Shown here one piece after another: positions 35,066 to 47,415 of a stretch of DNA of 64,000 bases. The stretch covers positions 558,001 to 622,000 of the forward strand of contig CAUYUJ010000015.1 in assembly GCA_963575745.1 (NCBI GenBank), given 5' to 3'. The DNA comes from Prorocentrum cordatum. Its lineage: Eukaryota. Position numbers and translations under genes: made by a program. The notes under the pieces were generated by a model. It saw nothing but the letters and a program-made list of their open reading frames with translations, was not told where the DNA came from and searched no databases. Within the stretch, counting starts at the first letter, position 1; every line of letters starts with the position of its first letter.

Positions 35066-37007
35066 CGGTCGTCCAGGCCGTAGCAGGCGTGGCAGCTTCT
35101 CGACACCATAGGGGGTGCGCAGGGGGTGGCCCCCCTATCCGCGCCGGTCGTCCAGGCCGTAGCAGGCGTGGCAGTTGCTCGACGCCATAGTGGGTGCGCA
35201 CGGGGTGGTCCCCCTATCCGCGCCGGTCGTCCAGGCCGCAGCAGGCGTGGCACTTTCTCGACACCATAGGGGGTGCGCACGGGGTGGTCCCCCTATCCGC
35301 GCCGGTCGTCCAGGCCGTAGCAGGCGTGGCACTTTCTCGACACCAAAGGGGGTGCGCAGGGGGTGGTCCCCCTATCCGCGCCGGTCGTCCAGGCCGTAGC
35401 AGGCGTGGCACTTTCTCGATACCATAGGGGTGCGCACGGGGTGGTCCCCCTATCCGCGCCGGTCGTCCAGGCCGTAGCAGGCGTGGCAGTTTCTCGACAC
35501 CATAGGGGGTGCGCAGGGGGTGGTCCCCCTATCCGCGCCGGTCGTCCAGGCCGTAGCAGGCGTGGCACTTTCTCGACACCATAGGGGGTGCGCAGGGGGT
35601 GGTCCCCCTATCCGCGCCGGTCGTCCAGGCCGTAGCAGGCGTGGCAGTTTCTCGATACCATAGGGGTGCGCACGGGGTGGTCCCCCTATCCGCGCCGGTC
35701 GTCCAGGCCGTAGCAGGCGTGGCAGTTTCTCGACGCCGTAGGGGGTGCGCAGGGGGTGGTCCCCCTATCCGCGCCGGTCGTCCAGGCCGTAGCAGGCGTG
35801 GCAGTTTCTCGACGCCATAGGGGGTGCGCACGGGGTGGTCCCCCTATCCGCGCCGGTCGTCCAGGCCGTAGCAGGCGTGGCAGTTTCTCGACACCATAGG
35901 GGGTGCGCAGGGGGTGGTCCCCCTATCCGCGCCGGTCGTCCAGGCCGTAGCAGGCGTGGCAGTTTCTCGACACCATAGGGGGTGCGCAGGGGTGGTCCCC
36001 CTATCCGCGCCGGTCGTCCAGGCCGTAGCAGGCGTGGCAGTTTCTCGACACCATAGGGGGTGCGCAGGGGGTGGTCCCCCTATCCGCGCCGGTCGTCCAG
36101 GCCGTAGCAGGCGTGGCAGTTTCTCGACACCATAGGGGGTGCGCACGGGGTGGTCCCCCTATCCGCGCCGGTCGTCCAGGCCGTAGCAGGCGTGGCACTT
36201 TCTCGACACCATAGGGGGTGCGCAGGGGGTGGTCCCCCTATCCGCGCCGGTCGTCCAGGCCGTAGCAGGCGTGGCAGTTTCTCGACACCATAGGGGGTGC
36301 GCAGGGGGTGGTCCCCCTATCCGCGCCGGTCGTCCAGGCCGTAGCAGGCGTGGCAGTTTCTCGATACCATAGGGGTGCGCACGGGGTGGTCCCCCTATCC
36401 GCGCCGGTCGTCCAGGGCAGAGCAGGCGTGGCACTTTCTCGACACTTAGGGGGTGCGCAGGGGGTGGTCCCTGAGCGCGGCCGCTATCCGAGACGGTCGT
36501 CCAGGGCATAGCAGGCGTGGCACTTTCTCGACACCATAGGGGGTGCGCAGGGGGTGGTCCCTGAGCGCGGCCGCTATCCGAGACGGTCGTCCAGGGCATA
36601 GTAGGCGTGGCACTTTCTCGATTCCATAGGGGGTGCGCAGGGGGTGGTCCCTGAGCGCGGCCGCTATCCGAGACGGTCGTCCAGGGCATAGTAGGCGTGG
36701 CACTTTCTCGATTCCATAGGGGGTGCGCAGGGGGTGGTCCCCGAGCGCGGCCGCTATTCGAGACGGTCGTCCAGGGCATAGCAGGTGTGGCACTTTCTCG
36801 ACACCATAGGGGGTGCGCAGGGGTTGGTCCCTCACCGCGGCCGCTATGCACGACGGTCGTCCAGGGCATAGCAGGTGTGGCACTTTCTCGACACCATAGG
36901 GGGTGCGCAGGGGGTGGTCCCTCACCGCGGCCGCTATGCACGACGGTCGTCCAGGGCATAGCAGGCGTGGCACTTTCTGGACAAAATAGGAGGTGCGCAG
37001 GGGGTGG
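35066..37007. repeat. Tandem satellite: ~18 copies of a 78-79-bp unit followed by ~6 copies of a 90-bp variant
   Basis: cggtcgtccagg anchor recurs every ~79 bp up to ~36405, then every 90 bp (36494, 36584 ... 36944). Confidence 0.93.
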
Positions 37008-37559
37008 CAACGGCCACCAACATCATTCTTACATGCTTCACTTCGGCTATCATCACTCCAGCCATAATATAAGTATGTGGGGTTCCTCGGCAGCGTAATT
37101 GGCCTTCTCGCTTTTTCTGGGTTCTGACGCTCCAAGACCGTCCAAGAGTCTCCCAAAACCGCTCCAAGACGGCCGAAGAGGCCCCCAAGACCGCCCCAAG
37201 ACGGCCCAAGAGACCCCCAAAATCGTCCCAAGACGGCCCAGGAGAGCCCCAAGATGGCCCAGGAGCCGCCCAAGACGGTTCTAGGAGAACCCCGACAGGG
37301 CTTCAAGATTGCCTAAGCGGGCCCCAAGAGGGCCCCGCGAGGCCCCAAGAGGCCCCAAAGAGGCCCCTAAGAGCCTCCCCGGAGGCCCCCAAGAGGCCCC
37401 CAAGATGCCCAAAAATTGCCCTGAGCGCGCCCCAAGACGCCTCCAGGAGAGCCCAACAGGCCTCCGGGCCGTACAGATGGTCAAGGAAGCCTGAAGAGGC
37501 CCCGAAGACGCCCAAAGCGCCCCAAGAGGGCCCGTGCGAGCCCTTTCAAGAGGCACACA

Positions 37560-38645
37560 TTGGCCCATTCCCTTCGTAAAACTTGCGTTTTCGGCATACT
37601 CGCTGGCTTCGTCGTCGCAGTGCCACAGACGCCCCCGCGGAGCCCCAACACAGCCCAAGAGAGACCCAAGAGGGCCCCAGACGGCCCAAAAGGGCTTGCC
37701 TGTGGGACTCACGGAACCCCCCGACACGGCCCAAGAGGCCCCAAAGCCAGCCCAGGAGGCCCCCAAGACGGCCTCAGGGAGGCCCACGAGAGCCTCGTTC
37801 GAAATCATGTTCCCGGAAGCCTCTCCGGGAACATGATTTCGGGGTTCCGAGTACGCCCAAGAGGCTCACAAGACAGCCTCAGCGAGGCCCCGGAGGGCCC
37901 GAGATGGCTGGAAGATGGCCGAAGAGGGCCCCGAGAGAGCCTTCAAGAGGCACAAATCAGCCAGTTCCCGTAGTAAGGTACATTTTCAGCATACTCGCTG
38001 GCTTCGTCTTCACAGCACCCCAGACGCCCCCGAGGAGCCCCAAGACAGCCCAAGAGAGACCCAAGAGGGCCCAAGACGGTCCAAAAGGGTCGGCCTGTGG
38101 GGCTCACGGAACCCTCCGAGGCAACCCAAGAGGCCCCAAAGCCAGCCCAGGAGGCCCCCAAGACGGCCTCAGGGAGGCCCACGAGAGCCTCGTTCGAAAT
38201 CATGTTCCCGGAAGCCTCTCCGGGAACATGATTTCTGGGTTCCGAGGACGCCCAAGAGGCCGACAAGACAGCCTCAGCGAGGCCCCAGGGGGCCCGAGAT
38301 GGCTGGAAGATGGCCGAAGAGGGCCCCGAGAGGGCCTTCAAGAGGCACAAATCAGCCCGCTCCCGTAGTAAAACGTACATTTTCAGCATACTCGCTGGCT
38401 TCGTCTTCACAGTACCCCAGACGCCCCTGAGGAGCCCCAAGACAGCCCAAGAGAGACCCAAGAGGGCCCAAGACGGCCCAAAAGGGTCGGCCTGTGGGGC
38501 TCACGGAACCCCCCGAGGCAACCCAAGAGGCCCCAAAGCCAGCCCGGGAGGCCCCCAAGACGGCCTCAGGGAGGCCCACGAGAGCCTCGTTCGAAATCAT
38601 GTTCCCGGAAGCCTCTCCGGGAGCATGATTTCCGGCTTCCCAGGA
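37560..38645. repeat. ~3 tandem copies of a ~400-bp repeat, each with a long palindrome
   Basis: catactcgctggcttcgtc at ~37595, ~37990 and ~38387; palindromes at ~37800, ~38196 and ~38593. Confidence 0.85.
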
Positions 38646-40016
38646 CGCCCAAAGACAGCCCCCAGAGGCCCTGGACACGCCGAAGATGGCCTCAGGACGG
38701 CCGACGACGCCGCCAAAACGCCCCAAGAGCGCCTCCAGAAGCCCCTCCAAAGGGCCCCAGACGCCGAAAATCATTAAATTTCCAATGGTTTTTGAAGCAT
38801 TCTTGCGCTCTCCCATGTTCCGCCTCCCCACGGTCCGGGACCGCGTCAGAGGCCCTTCAGATCGCTCCAAGACGGCCGAAGAGGCTCCCAAGAAAACCCA
38901 GAGACGGCCCGCCCAGGAGGCTCTCCAGATGAGTCAAGAGAGCTTCGACAGCGCCCCAAGAGAGCCCCAAGAGCGACCCAAGAGGGCCCGAAGAGCGCGA
39001 CGTTTCGAGGTCTCCGGCCTGAGAGGCTCCTAGGACGCCCCCGGAGGCCATCAAGAGGCTCAGCACCGTGAGGCTCCCAAGAGGCCCCCCGGAAGCCCCA
39101 ATAGGCCCCCAAGGGACCCCCAGGGAAGCCCCTTGCGGGCCCCCAAGACACTTCGGTAAATCGTATTTCCCAGATAGCTTTCCGGGAACATGATTCCTTG
39201 GGCTTCCGCCCACCGCCCCAACCATGCTTCCAATAGGCTTGCCGACAAGGCCAACAGGCGCCCCTCGGTAAGCCCCCAGAGGCCCCCCTCGTAGAGCTTC
39301 CCGGGAGCATGATTCTCTACCTCGGAGTAGGCCCGGGGGGGGGGGGCAGGCCGCTGCTTGTTCCCCCCATCGGTGCTCACCAGGAGTTGTGTGGGGGGTG
39401 CAGAGCTCCCGAGGCGGCCCGAGCCCGCCCCGAAGCAGGCCACGACAGGCCCCGAGAGGACCCAAGACGGTCCCACGAGGCCCCGAAGACGCCCAAGCTG
39501 CCGTCAAGACAGCCAATGAGGACTCCAACTTGCTCCAGGACGGACTGAAGAGGCTCCCCAAGAGGGCCCTGGAAGGCAAGATCCTTTCGTTTTCAGAGTG
39601 CTTTGGATTTTGGCGTTCTCGCTTTTCCCTCTTTCCAGCGCACCCTCACGGCCTCGGAGGCCTTTCAGATCGCTCCAAGAAGGCCCACGAGGCCCCGACC
39701 AGGGCCCCCAGACGGCCCAGGGGCCCAGGATGCTCCCCAGACAACCCAAGTTTTTTTTTTTTGTTGTTTTGTGCCCCCAGTTCCTCAGGTTTGCTCAGGT
39801 TCCTCAGGTTTGCTCAAATGCCGGCGTGCCGAATGCATGCTGCCAGTTCCTCAGGTTTGCTCAAATGCGTACCGAATACATGCTGTCGTGTCCAAGCCTG
39901 CCGTCGTAACCAAGAATATCCGCACTGCATGACAATGATGGCCGGTGGTTCCTGTACTCTATGTAATTCCGTTTGGCTTTCAACCAATCCGAAGTATCAT
40001 TGCGTGTCCCAGTATC

Positions 40017-43000
40017 TCACATAAGCCAATTTTCCGTGATGTCTTGGCCGTTGTTGATCACCTCATTGGCGATGCTGTCAGCAAGTGCGTTGAATTCTCG
40101 GTAGATGTGACGAATGGTGTACGCCGTGCCCCTATCGCGGAGCCTGCGTAACAGGTCAGCAGCCTGCTCCCAATATGGGATGAGCGATGGCGACCGGCAT
40201 CGCCACTCCATATTGCACTGACGTGCCAGCAGCAAGGAGTCAACCTGGAAAGTGACCGCCGCGTCGGGCCGTTGCAAGGCGTCCCGGAAGCAGCTGAGCA
40301 TGCCCTCGTACTCCGCCGCGTTGTTGCTGCACGCCGGCAAGAGTCTGCCGACGCGCCCCTGCACTGCCCCATCCCGGAGGCGAACGGCGCCGAAGCTGCT
40401 GCTGACGAGCCCGTCGCCCGCTCGGCCTTGGCCCCGGGCAGCCCCGTCGGATCTGTAGGTGACCGCGTGCTCGTCCTCGGGTGGCCGTCGCGCTCGGCGC
40501 GCTCGGCGTTCTTGTCTGCTCTGAGCGCCCTCCGAATCGCTGAGCCACGGGTGCTCCACCAGGCGCAGGAGATGCTGCACGAGGTCGCGCTCGTCGTCAA
40601 AACGGCGCCCTCTGCGCATTGCCCAACGAGCCCTGCTCACAGCGAAAAGCGAAGCGGCGATGGACTGCAACTGGGCACCGTGCAGCTGCAGGCTCAAGAA
40701 AGCATATGAGTCGCGCCATTCATCCATCACGCCCGTGCTACTGCAAATCGCCTCGTATGCAGCGTGAACGACGGGGCATGTGCACATGTGCTCTATGCTG
40801 TCCTCGCCTCCCCCGCATAGGAGGCACGTGTTTGCGCCAACGTCTCCGCGGAAGCGCATGCGTCTCGCGGTGGGCAGCGCATTGAGGAGCCATTGGAAGA
40901 GCGCCCATCTGTGGCGTTGCGGGATCGTGCTTGGGAGTCGCGCCAAATTGTCCAGGGCGCACTGCGGGCGAATGCCGCGGTCCCGCAGCCGGCGACGAAC
41001 GTACCCTTCCACGGTTCCGCGGCAATCAACCGCCGATACAGCGCCCTGGCGGCCGCGCCCGTGCCAGCGCCAGATGGTGTCGTAACGGCGTGCGCCGTGG
41101 TCCCGGTGGCGTTGCGGAAGAAGCAGAAAGCACGTCTGTAATGTCTCCACATGCGCATTGGATGCCCAGCATGCCCGATGTCTCCGCTAAGAGGTCTCTG
41201 CCCCACGTCGAAAGTCTCCAACTTGACTGCGGCGCCAATGAGGCCCACGACGTTCCGCAGCCGGAAATCGTGGAGCTCTGCGCGTATGCCGAACATCCGC
41301 TGGACATGCGACAGAGCCAAGAGCTTCACCGTTGGGACTGCTAAGACGAACTGCCGCACTGCCTCTTCCACTCTGCTTCTCGTCTGTTCTGGGACAAAAA
41401 GCACGCGCCACACGTAAGAAAACAGTGGGTAACAGAAGGTGTTGGTCGCGAAAATCTTGGCCACCTTCGACATGGCGGCGCCTCTGTATGCCTCCAGCCG
41501 AACCGCCAGGCGCTCTTCCAGATCGCGGCAGACTTCTTCGGGAGTGACGTCGACGCCAATCAAGATGCCGAGCAAGCGTTTGCGAGATACCACCCGGCAC
41601 TCCGCCAAATTGGCCTTGATGGCGGTCAGTTCTTCCTCAGTGACCTCCCTGGTGACAAGGAAACCACTCTTGGCTTCGTTGACCACCTGCCCTGACGCCG
41701 CCTGGAAGTCATCGAACACATTCTGAGTGTTGGGGATGGCGCTGATTAGCTCGACCTCCACTTGCCAGTCGTCGCAAAATCCAAACAGCATGCCTACGCC
41801 AGGGCAGTTTTGCAAAGCCCAAAAGAGCGGATCCACGGCAATGATGTACAAGAAGCAGGATACCGGATCTCCCTGGCGGAGGCCGCATTCCAAGGCGATC
41901 ACCCCGAAAACCCACCCTCGAAAGACGAGCTGCGACGAGCATCCCGTGATCATCGTTGTCACGCAGGTCAGGATGTCCGGCGGGGCACGGGCGTGTTCGA
42001 GAACTCGTCGGACGTAAGCCAACCCCATCATGTTGTACCCTTTGGAACAATCAGTGCATAATATTGCCTTCAAGACACCCGTTTCCACGGCTGAGTAATA
42101 CACCTCGTTGAGGCCCACGACATTTCGTACGATGTCCCGCTTGCGCGCAAAGGCCTGCTGCGCAGCGTGCAAGGATCCCGCCGAAGCTTCGTCGAGCAGA
42201 ATGGAGACCATACGGGAAACCACTTTCCTGCTCTCGTTCGGCAATTTCAAATCGCGGAGGTGGGACAAATGGGTGGGGTTGGGCACCTTCCCGATGGGCA
42301 CCCAAGAAGCGTCGAGGAAGCTGGCGGTCGCCGTGCCGGCTTTCAGATCTTCCAGAGCCTCGTGGAAAACAGGGAGCAATCATTTTGCCGCTCTCTTGTA
42401 TGCGACCCCTGGCACGCCGTCCGGCCCAGGGTGCTTACCAGAGCGGATGCCCAAAATGATCCCCAACACTTCTTGGTCAGTCAGGCGTTCCCGGCACGAC
42501 GACAGATCCAAGCGACACGACGAAAGTATGCGATCCGCTGCTGCTGACTCACCTTTGGGACGCCCCTGGCGGCGCCGACCCTCTTCGAGAATGAGCTCGG
42601 AGATGCGGTCAACGTCATCGGTGAATTCAGCGTGAGACTCGTCCCAAATGACACTGAAACTATGCCGATGCGTCGGCAACAAGGCTTTCAACTGTCTCGA
42701 GAGGTTGGTTCCGACGGAACCGGCTTGCAAAGAATGGGGGTCGACAGGATGGTCCCAAACGTCGTCCTCAGACGACTCGGTATCACTGCGCTCAGCCACC
42801 AAGCGGCCAGCGAGAACCTGCAGATGCTCGCGCAAAGCTTCCAAGCTAACCGAGATGCCGTGGCCCTCTTCGCACAACTGCACGCGACATGGGGCGATTT
42901 CCACAAGCGAAGGATAGATTCTAACAGCTTTACTATACACTGCAAGCGGCACTGTGCCAGACTCCCGGGCACAACAAAAGACACGCATGGTAACGTCAAA

Positions 43001-44074
43001 CATATGGCCGGGCATCGTCGCTTGGACGAGTCGTGTTTCAAGCCAATCGTCAGCCAGAGAACGCACGAGACCAGCAAAGGAGACAAGGGCGTCGAGGCCT
43101 CTGAGATTGCCATCGCTTCTGCCCGAAGCCCAGGTCTCGATTTCACCGCGAAAGGCGCGCAGAAAATCACCGTCTTCGAACAACCACTGTGGAATGGGAG
43201 CGTCCACCTTGATGCGTCTCTGTCGCCTCCGTCTGTGACGACTGACCGTGCGACACTCCAAGGGCAAGTGATCTGAGGCGAAAGGGCAAGGCACGTCCTG
43301 CCGGCACACCGCTACTGACGCATGGCGCGACAACACGTCCAAAGAAGTGCACACGAAGTCCAAAGTTTCACGAACGTAATTAATAGTGCCATCTCTTCGC
43401 TTCCCTTGTCGTCGATATGTGTGCTCTGGCTGATCGACGTGGTAAACGCCAATGCTGTTAAGCCAGGAGCGCCACGCATCGAGCATCCTCGCGCCAGGGT
43501 GCCAGCTCCCGGGCTCAGAGTTATCTTGTTCTCCTTCTGACGCCTTGAAGTTCTTGTCGCCTCCAGCGACAACATCAATAGGCGTATCTGGGTGTCCCGC
43601 ACGAAAATCGCAAAACCAGGATGTGATGCCCTGGAGTTGCTGCACGCGCCGTGCGTTGCAGTGCGAGTCGAGATACACATTCATAATCAACCTAATGCGG
43701 CCGGCCTCCATCCACGAAACAGCGTGTCAGTGGCCATCCGGAAGCACGCGATGATGATTCGGCGAGCGACCGTTGGCATCATCCTCAACAACGCCCCGCT
43801 TTTGCGCGAAGGCTTTGTCAATGGATATTGCCAGACCTGGCCGACCTACGCCGGAAACTATAAAAGTAACACGGCCAGGGACATGCGAGAAAAAACTACT
43901 CTCCGCAACGGCGGAAGAGCACCGAACTTCCTGCAAGCATATAAAGGTGTTATGCGTAAGATGCCTGAAATTCCGAAGTTTGCTTTCGAACCGTTCGCGC
44001 CTAGACAGGCCCAAATGGTTTATGTTCCAAAATGCGGTTCGCGGGAGGGGGGGGTGCGGGGGAGGCGCAGCCAT
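40017..44074 (-). pseudogene. LINE ORF2: AP endonuclease, RT, CCHC finger, RNase H (in-frame stops at ~43727 and ~42380, frameshift at ~41050)
   Basis: AFWNIN, CLQEV, NVY, GGDKN, LDFV, SDH; PGPDG, QQAF, GLRQGDPVS, FCDD, LLGI; CLLC..EDSIEH...C; SDGAARG, NNAAEY, VDS, HIYREFNALAD. Confidence 0.9.
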
Positions 44075-44082
44075 CCCCGGGC

Positions 44083-45108
44083 TCAGCGGCGTTTATGATG
44101 ACCCTCGCAATTCTGCGAGGGATCATTCGCACCTGTCGCCCTTTTGTCACGCAAGACCCCCTTTTCCCGCTGCTTCCAGTCATCGAGCCCGACATTGCCA
44201 GGAATGGCGGCAAGCCGATGCTCGATTGATGTTCTCCCCACCACCCTGAAGCCAGGGCAATGTAAAATGCGCGCCCCTGGGTCTCCCGTGGGCATCGCGG
44301 TGGCGTGCGGGCATGGCCGCCGGGGACACAAGCACAAGATTGCCTGCTCCTTCTGCTTGGCCATGTCCGCGAACTTTTTCCTCCACTGCTCTAGCTGATC
44401 TTGAGCGCATTGGAAAGCCTGCTTCTCTCCTTTCTTCTTTTTGATGGAAAACCATTGTTGGCCATGCGACTTTCCCAGAACAGCATACGCAGCCGGGTGA
44501 CGAGCGACAAAAGCCGTGCCGTCCTTCGATTTCGAGACTACCCCCTCCGAGAGGAGGATCTTATTAGCATCTGCCTCGGCTCCGTCTACCAGCAACTGCG
44601 CCTGCACACGGGTGCCCCCTGTGGTTTCCGATATCGTTTGCACCCTCGCGCACATGTGTTTCTCCCCATCCTCGGCCCAAAATTCAACGAACCCTCCCAC
44701 TTCGAGGAGGGCATCTTTTGCACTCTCTCCCTGGCCACTCGGCGCCTTGATGCCGCTCTCGCGCAAGAGCCTCTCAGGAGCGCAACTGTCATTCACCAGA
44801 TGCATGTACAACACGACGTAATCGTTGGCATGATGCTTCAACAAAGTTTGTGTTTTCTCAAAAGCAACGCTCTCATCGCAATGACGCGCGCACGCATTCA
44901 ACAGCCATTCTTCCAAGACGCCTCTCTGCTCCCACTCGACCAACGATGTGAAATCATGTTTTGTGGGGAGAGGCGAAATATCAGCAGACAACCTAAGTCT
45001 CCCAGTAGATCTCACTGGAGACGTTTTTTCAAAGTCTGCGTTCAAGTTGCGCTTGCAAGGTGCAGATCGAGGTTCATTCTCCTCTCTGCCACCCGACTCA
45101 CCAAGCAT
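44083..45108 (-). CDS. Putative LINE ORF1 / hypothetical protein with a Cys/His cluster near its C-terminus
   Basis: Non-repetitive open frame from MLGESGG; stops 8 nt upstream of the ORF2 ATG; no recognised domain. Confidence 0.5.
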   Translation of the reverse strand: MLGESGGREENEPRSAPCKRNLNADFEKTSPVRSTGRLRLSADISPLPTKHDFTSLVEWEQRGVLEEWLLNACARHCDESVAFEKTQTLLKHHANDYVVLYMHLVNDSCAPERLLRESGIKAPSGQGESAKDALLEVGGFVEFWAEDGEKHMCARVQTISETTGGTRVQAQLLVDGAEADANKILLSEGVVSKSKDGTAFVARHPAAYAVLGKSHGQQWFSIKKKKGEKQAFQCAQDQLEQWRKKFADMAKQKEQAILCLCPRRPCPHATAMPTGDPGARILHCPGFRVVGRTSIEHRLAAIPGNVGLDDWKQREKGVLRDKRATGANDPSQNCEGHHKRR

Positions 45109-45139
45109 GTCAGCGCCAGCATCGGTCCATATTGCACGC

Positions 45140-46336
45140 CCGCCGCCGGCTTGGTACCCTTTCTGGCGCCGAACCAACCCATCCAGATACCAAGCCAGCG
45201 GCCGCCGGCTTGGCACCCCGCCGGCTTGGTACCCCCCCGGGGGCTCCTCCCTACCAAGCCAGCGGCCGCCGGCTTGGTTGGTACCCCTCCAGGGCTTCCT
45301 CCCTGCCAAGCCAGCGGCCGCCGGCTTGGTACCCCGCCGGCTTGGTACCAGGGGGCTCCTCCCTACCAAGCCAGCGGCCGCCGGCTTGGTACCCCGCCGG
45401 CTTGGTACCCCTCCAGGGCCTCCTGGGGCCGCCGGCTTGGTACCCCGCCGGCTTGGTACCCTACCAAGCCAGCGGCCGCCGGCTTGGTACCCCGCCGGCT
45501 TGGTACCCCTCCAGGGCCTCCTCCCTACCAAGCCAGCGGCCGCCGGCTTGGTACCCCGCCGGCTTGGTACCCCCTGGGGGCTCCTCCCTACCAAGCCAGC
45601 GGCCGCCGGCTTGGTACCCCGCCGGCTTGGTACCCCTCCAGGGCCTCCTCCCTACCAAGCCAGCGGCCGCCGGCTTGGTACCCCGCCGCCAGCTTTGGTA
45701 CCTCCCCTCCAGGCCTCCTCCCTACCAAGCCAGCGGCCGCCGGCTTGGTACCCCGCCGGCTTGGTACCCCCCCGGGGGCTCCTCCCTACCAAGCCAGCGG
45801 CCGCCGGCTTGGTACCCCGCCGGCTTGGTACCCCTCCAGGGCCTCCTCCCTACCAAGCCAGCGGCCGCCGGCTTGGTACCCCGCCGGCTTGGTACCCCCC
45901 CGGGGGCGCCTGCCTACCAAGCCAGCGGCCGCCGGCTTGGTACCCCGCCGGCTTGGTACCCCTCCAGGGCCTCCTCCCTACCAAGCCAGCGGCCGCCGGC
46001 TTGGTACCCCGCCGGCTTGGTACCCCCCCGGGGGCGCCTGCCTACCAAGCCAACGGCCGCCGGCTTGGTACCCCGCCGGCTTGGTACCCCCCCGGGGGCT
46101 CCCCCTACCAAGCCAGCGGCCGCCGGCTTGGTACCCCGCCGGCTTGGTACCCCTTCAGGGCCTCCTCCCTACCAAGCCAGCGGCCGCCGGCTTGGTACCC
46201 CGCCGGCTTGGTACACCCCGAGGGCTCCTCCCTACCAAGCCAGCGGCCGCCGGCTTGGCACCCCGCCGGCTTGGTACCCCTCCAGGGCCTCCTCCCTACC
46301 AAGCCAGCGGCCGCCGGCTTGGTACCCCCCCGGCTT
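45140..46336. repeat. Tandem ~59-bp hairpin-forming satellite (copy 1)
   Basis: Unit ctaccaagccagcggccgccggcttggtaccccgccggcttggtacccc plus a variable C-rich linker. Confidence 0.92.
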
Positions 46337-47217
46337 CGTATCCTACTGGCCTTCGGCCCTTCCCGCCATCGTGCCTGGGTGATGGGTCAGAGGCCTCATG
46401 GATGTTGGTTGGGATCTCGTGGTTGGCCTCTCGGGGGCTTCTTGGAGGCAGTTTTGAGGCATCTTGGGGGCTGTTTTGGAGCTTCTTGGGTCCAAAAACC
46501 TCTTTGGGGGCGTCTTGGCGGCCCCTTGGGGCCTCTTCGGGGCCTCTTGGGGTCTCCTGGCGGCCTCTTGGGGCGGAAGGCTTGAGCTTTCGGTCTGTGG
46601 TCCCCCTCTGGGCCCTCTCCTGGGGCCGTCTTGGGAGCCTCTTGGGCCGTCTTGGGCGCCTCCTGGGCCGTCTTGGGTCCCTCTTGGGCCGTCTTGGGGC
46701 TCTCTTGGAGGCCGTCTTGGTGCGGTCTTGGGGGCCTCTTAGGCCGTCTTGGAGCGTCGGAGAGCCGAAAAGGCGGGAGGGCCAACATCCTTCAAAAACA
46801 AATGGAAATTGTCGATTTGGACCTCTTGGGCCGCTCTTCTGAGGCCTGTTGGAACGTCTTGGGGCCCTCTTGGACGCCTCTTGGGCCGTCTTGGGGCGTC
46901 TGGGCGGCCTCTTGGGCCGTCTTAGGCCCATCTTGAGAGTCTTGGAGCGATCTTTGGGCGTCTCGGGGGCCTCTTGGGCCGTTTTGGACGCCTCTTGGGG
47001 TTATCTTGGCCCGTCTTGGGGCCCTCTTGGGCCCGAGCCAGTCACGCGACAAGTTGCCGGGGACCCCAGGGGAACGGCCGGGAGCCCCAGGAGATTTGGC
47101 AATTTGGGGTCTGGTCCTTCAAAATATTCCTCAGGACTGAGGACTGAGGCCCAGGGGATGAGGCAGAGGACCTGAGGACACGCCCACTCCGTGCCCAGAG
47201 GCACGGTGGCGGATGAA

Positions 47218-47384
47218 CATATACTTATGTATACATATATGCCAACATATACACATACACACAAATATATGTATAGATATGTATGCATTCACATATATAT
47301 ATATATATATATGTACATATGTATACATATATATATACACATATATATATATACACACGCAAAGAGAGAGAGGGAGAGGGAGAG

Positions 47385-47409
<25 letters not shown>
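47218..47409. repeat. (TA)n/(GA)n microsatellites
   Basis: Direct inspection. Confidence 0.9.

Positions 47410-47415
<6 letters not shown>

Larger units (their letters stand above)
39780..45140 (-). mobile_element. L1/Tx1-like non-LTR retrotransposon, decayed; ends approximate
   Basis: ORF1-like frame followed 8 nt later by ORF2 with APE-RT-CCHC-RNase H; short tandem repeats near the 3' end. Confidence 0.85.

Noticed and set aside
35066..37007. Possible CRISPR array
   Set aside because: Units repeat in full with no unique spacers; no cas genes; eukaryotic context.
45140..46336. CRISPR-like palindromic repeat with variable linkers
   Set aside because: Linkers are short, mutually similar C-rich variants rather than unique spacers.
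44401..46842. 813-aa plus-strand ORF and overlapping long ORFs
   Set aside because: Antisense to the LINE ORF1-like frame and extended by stop-poor satellite.
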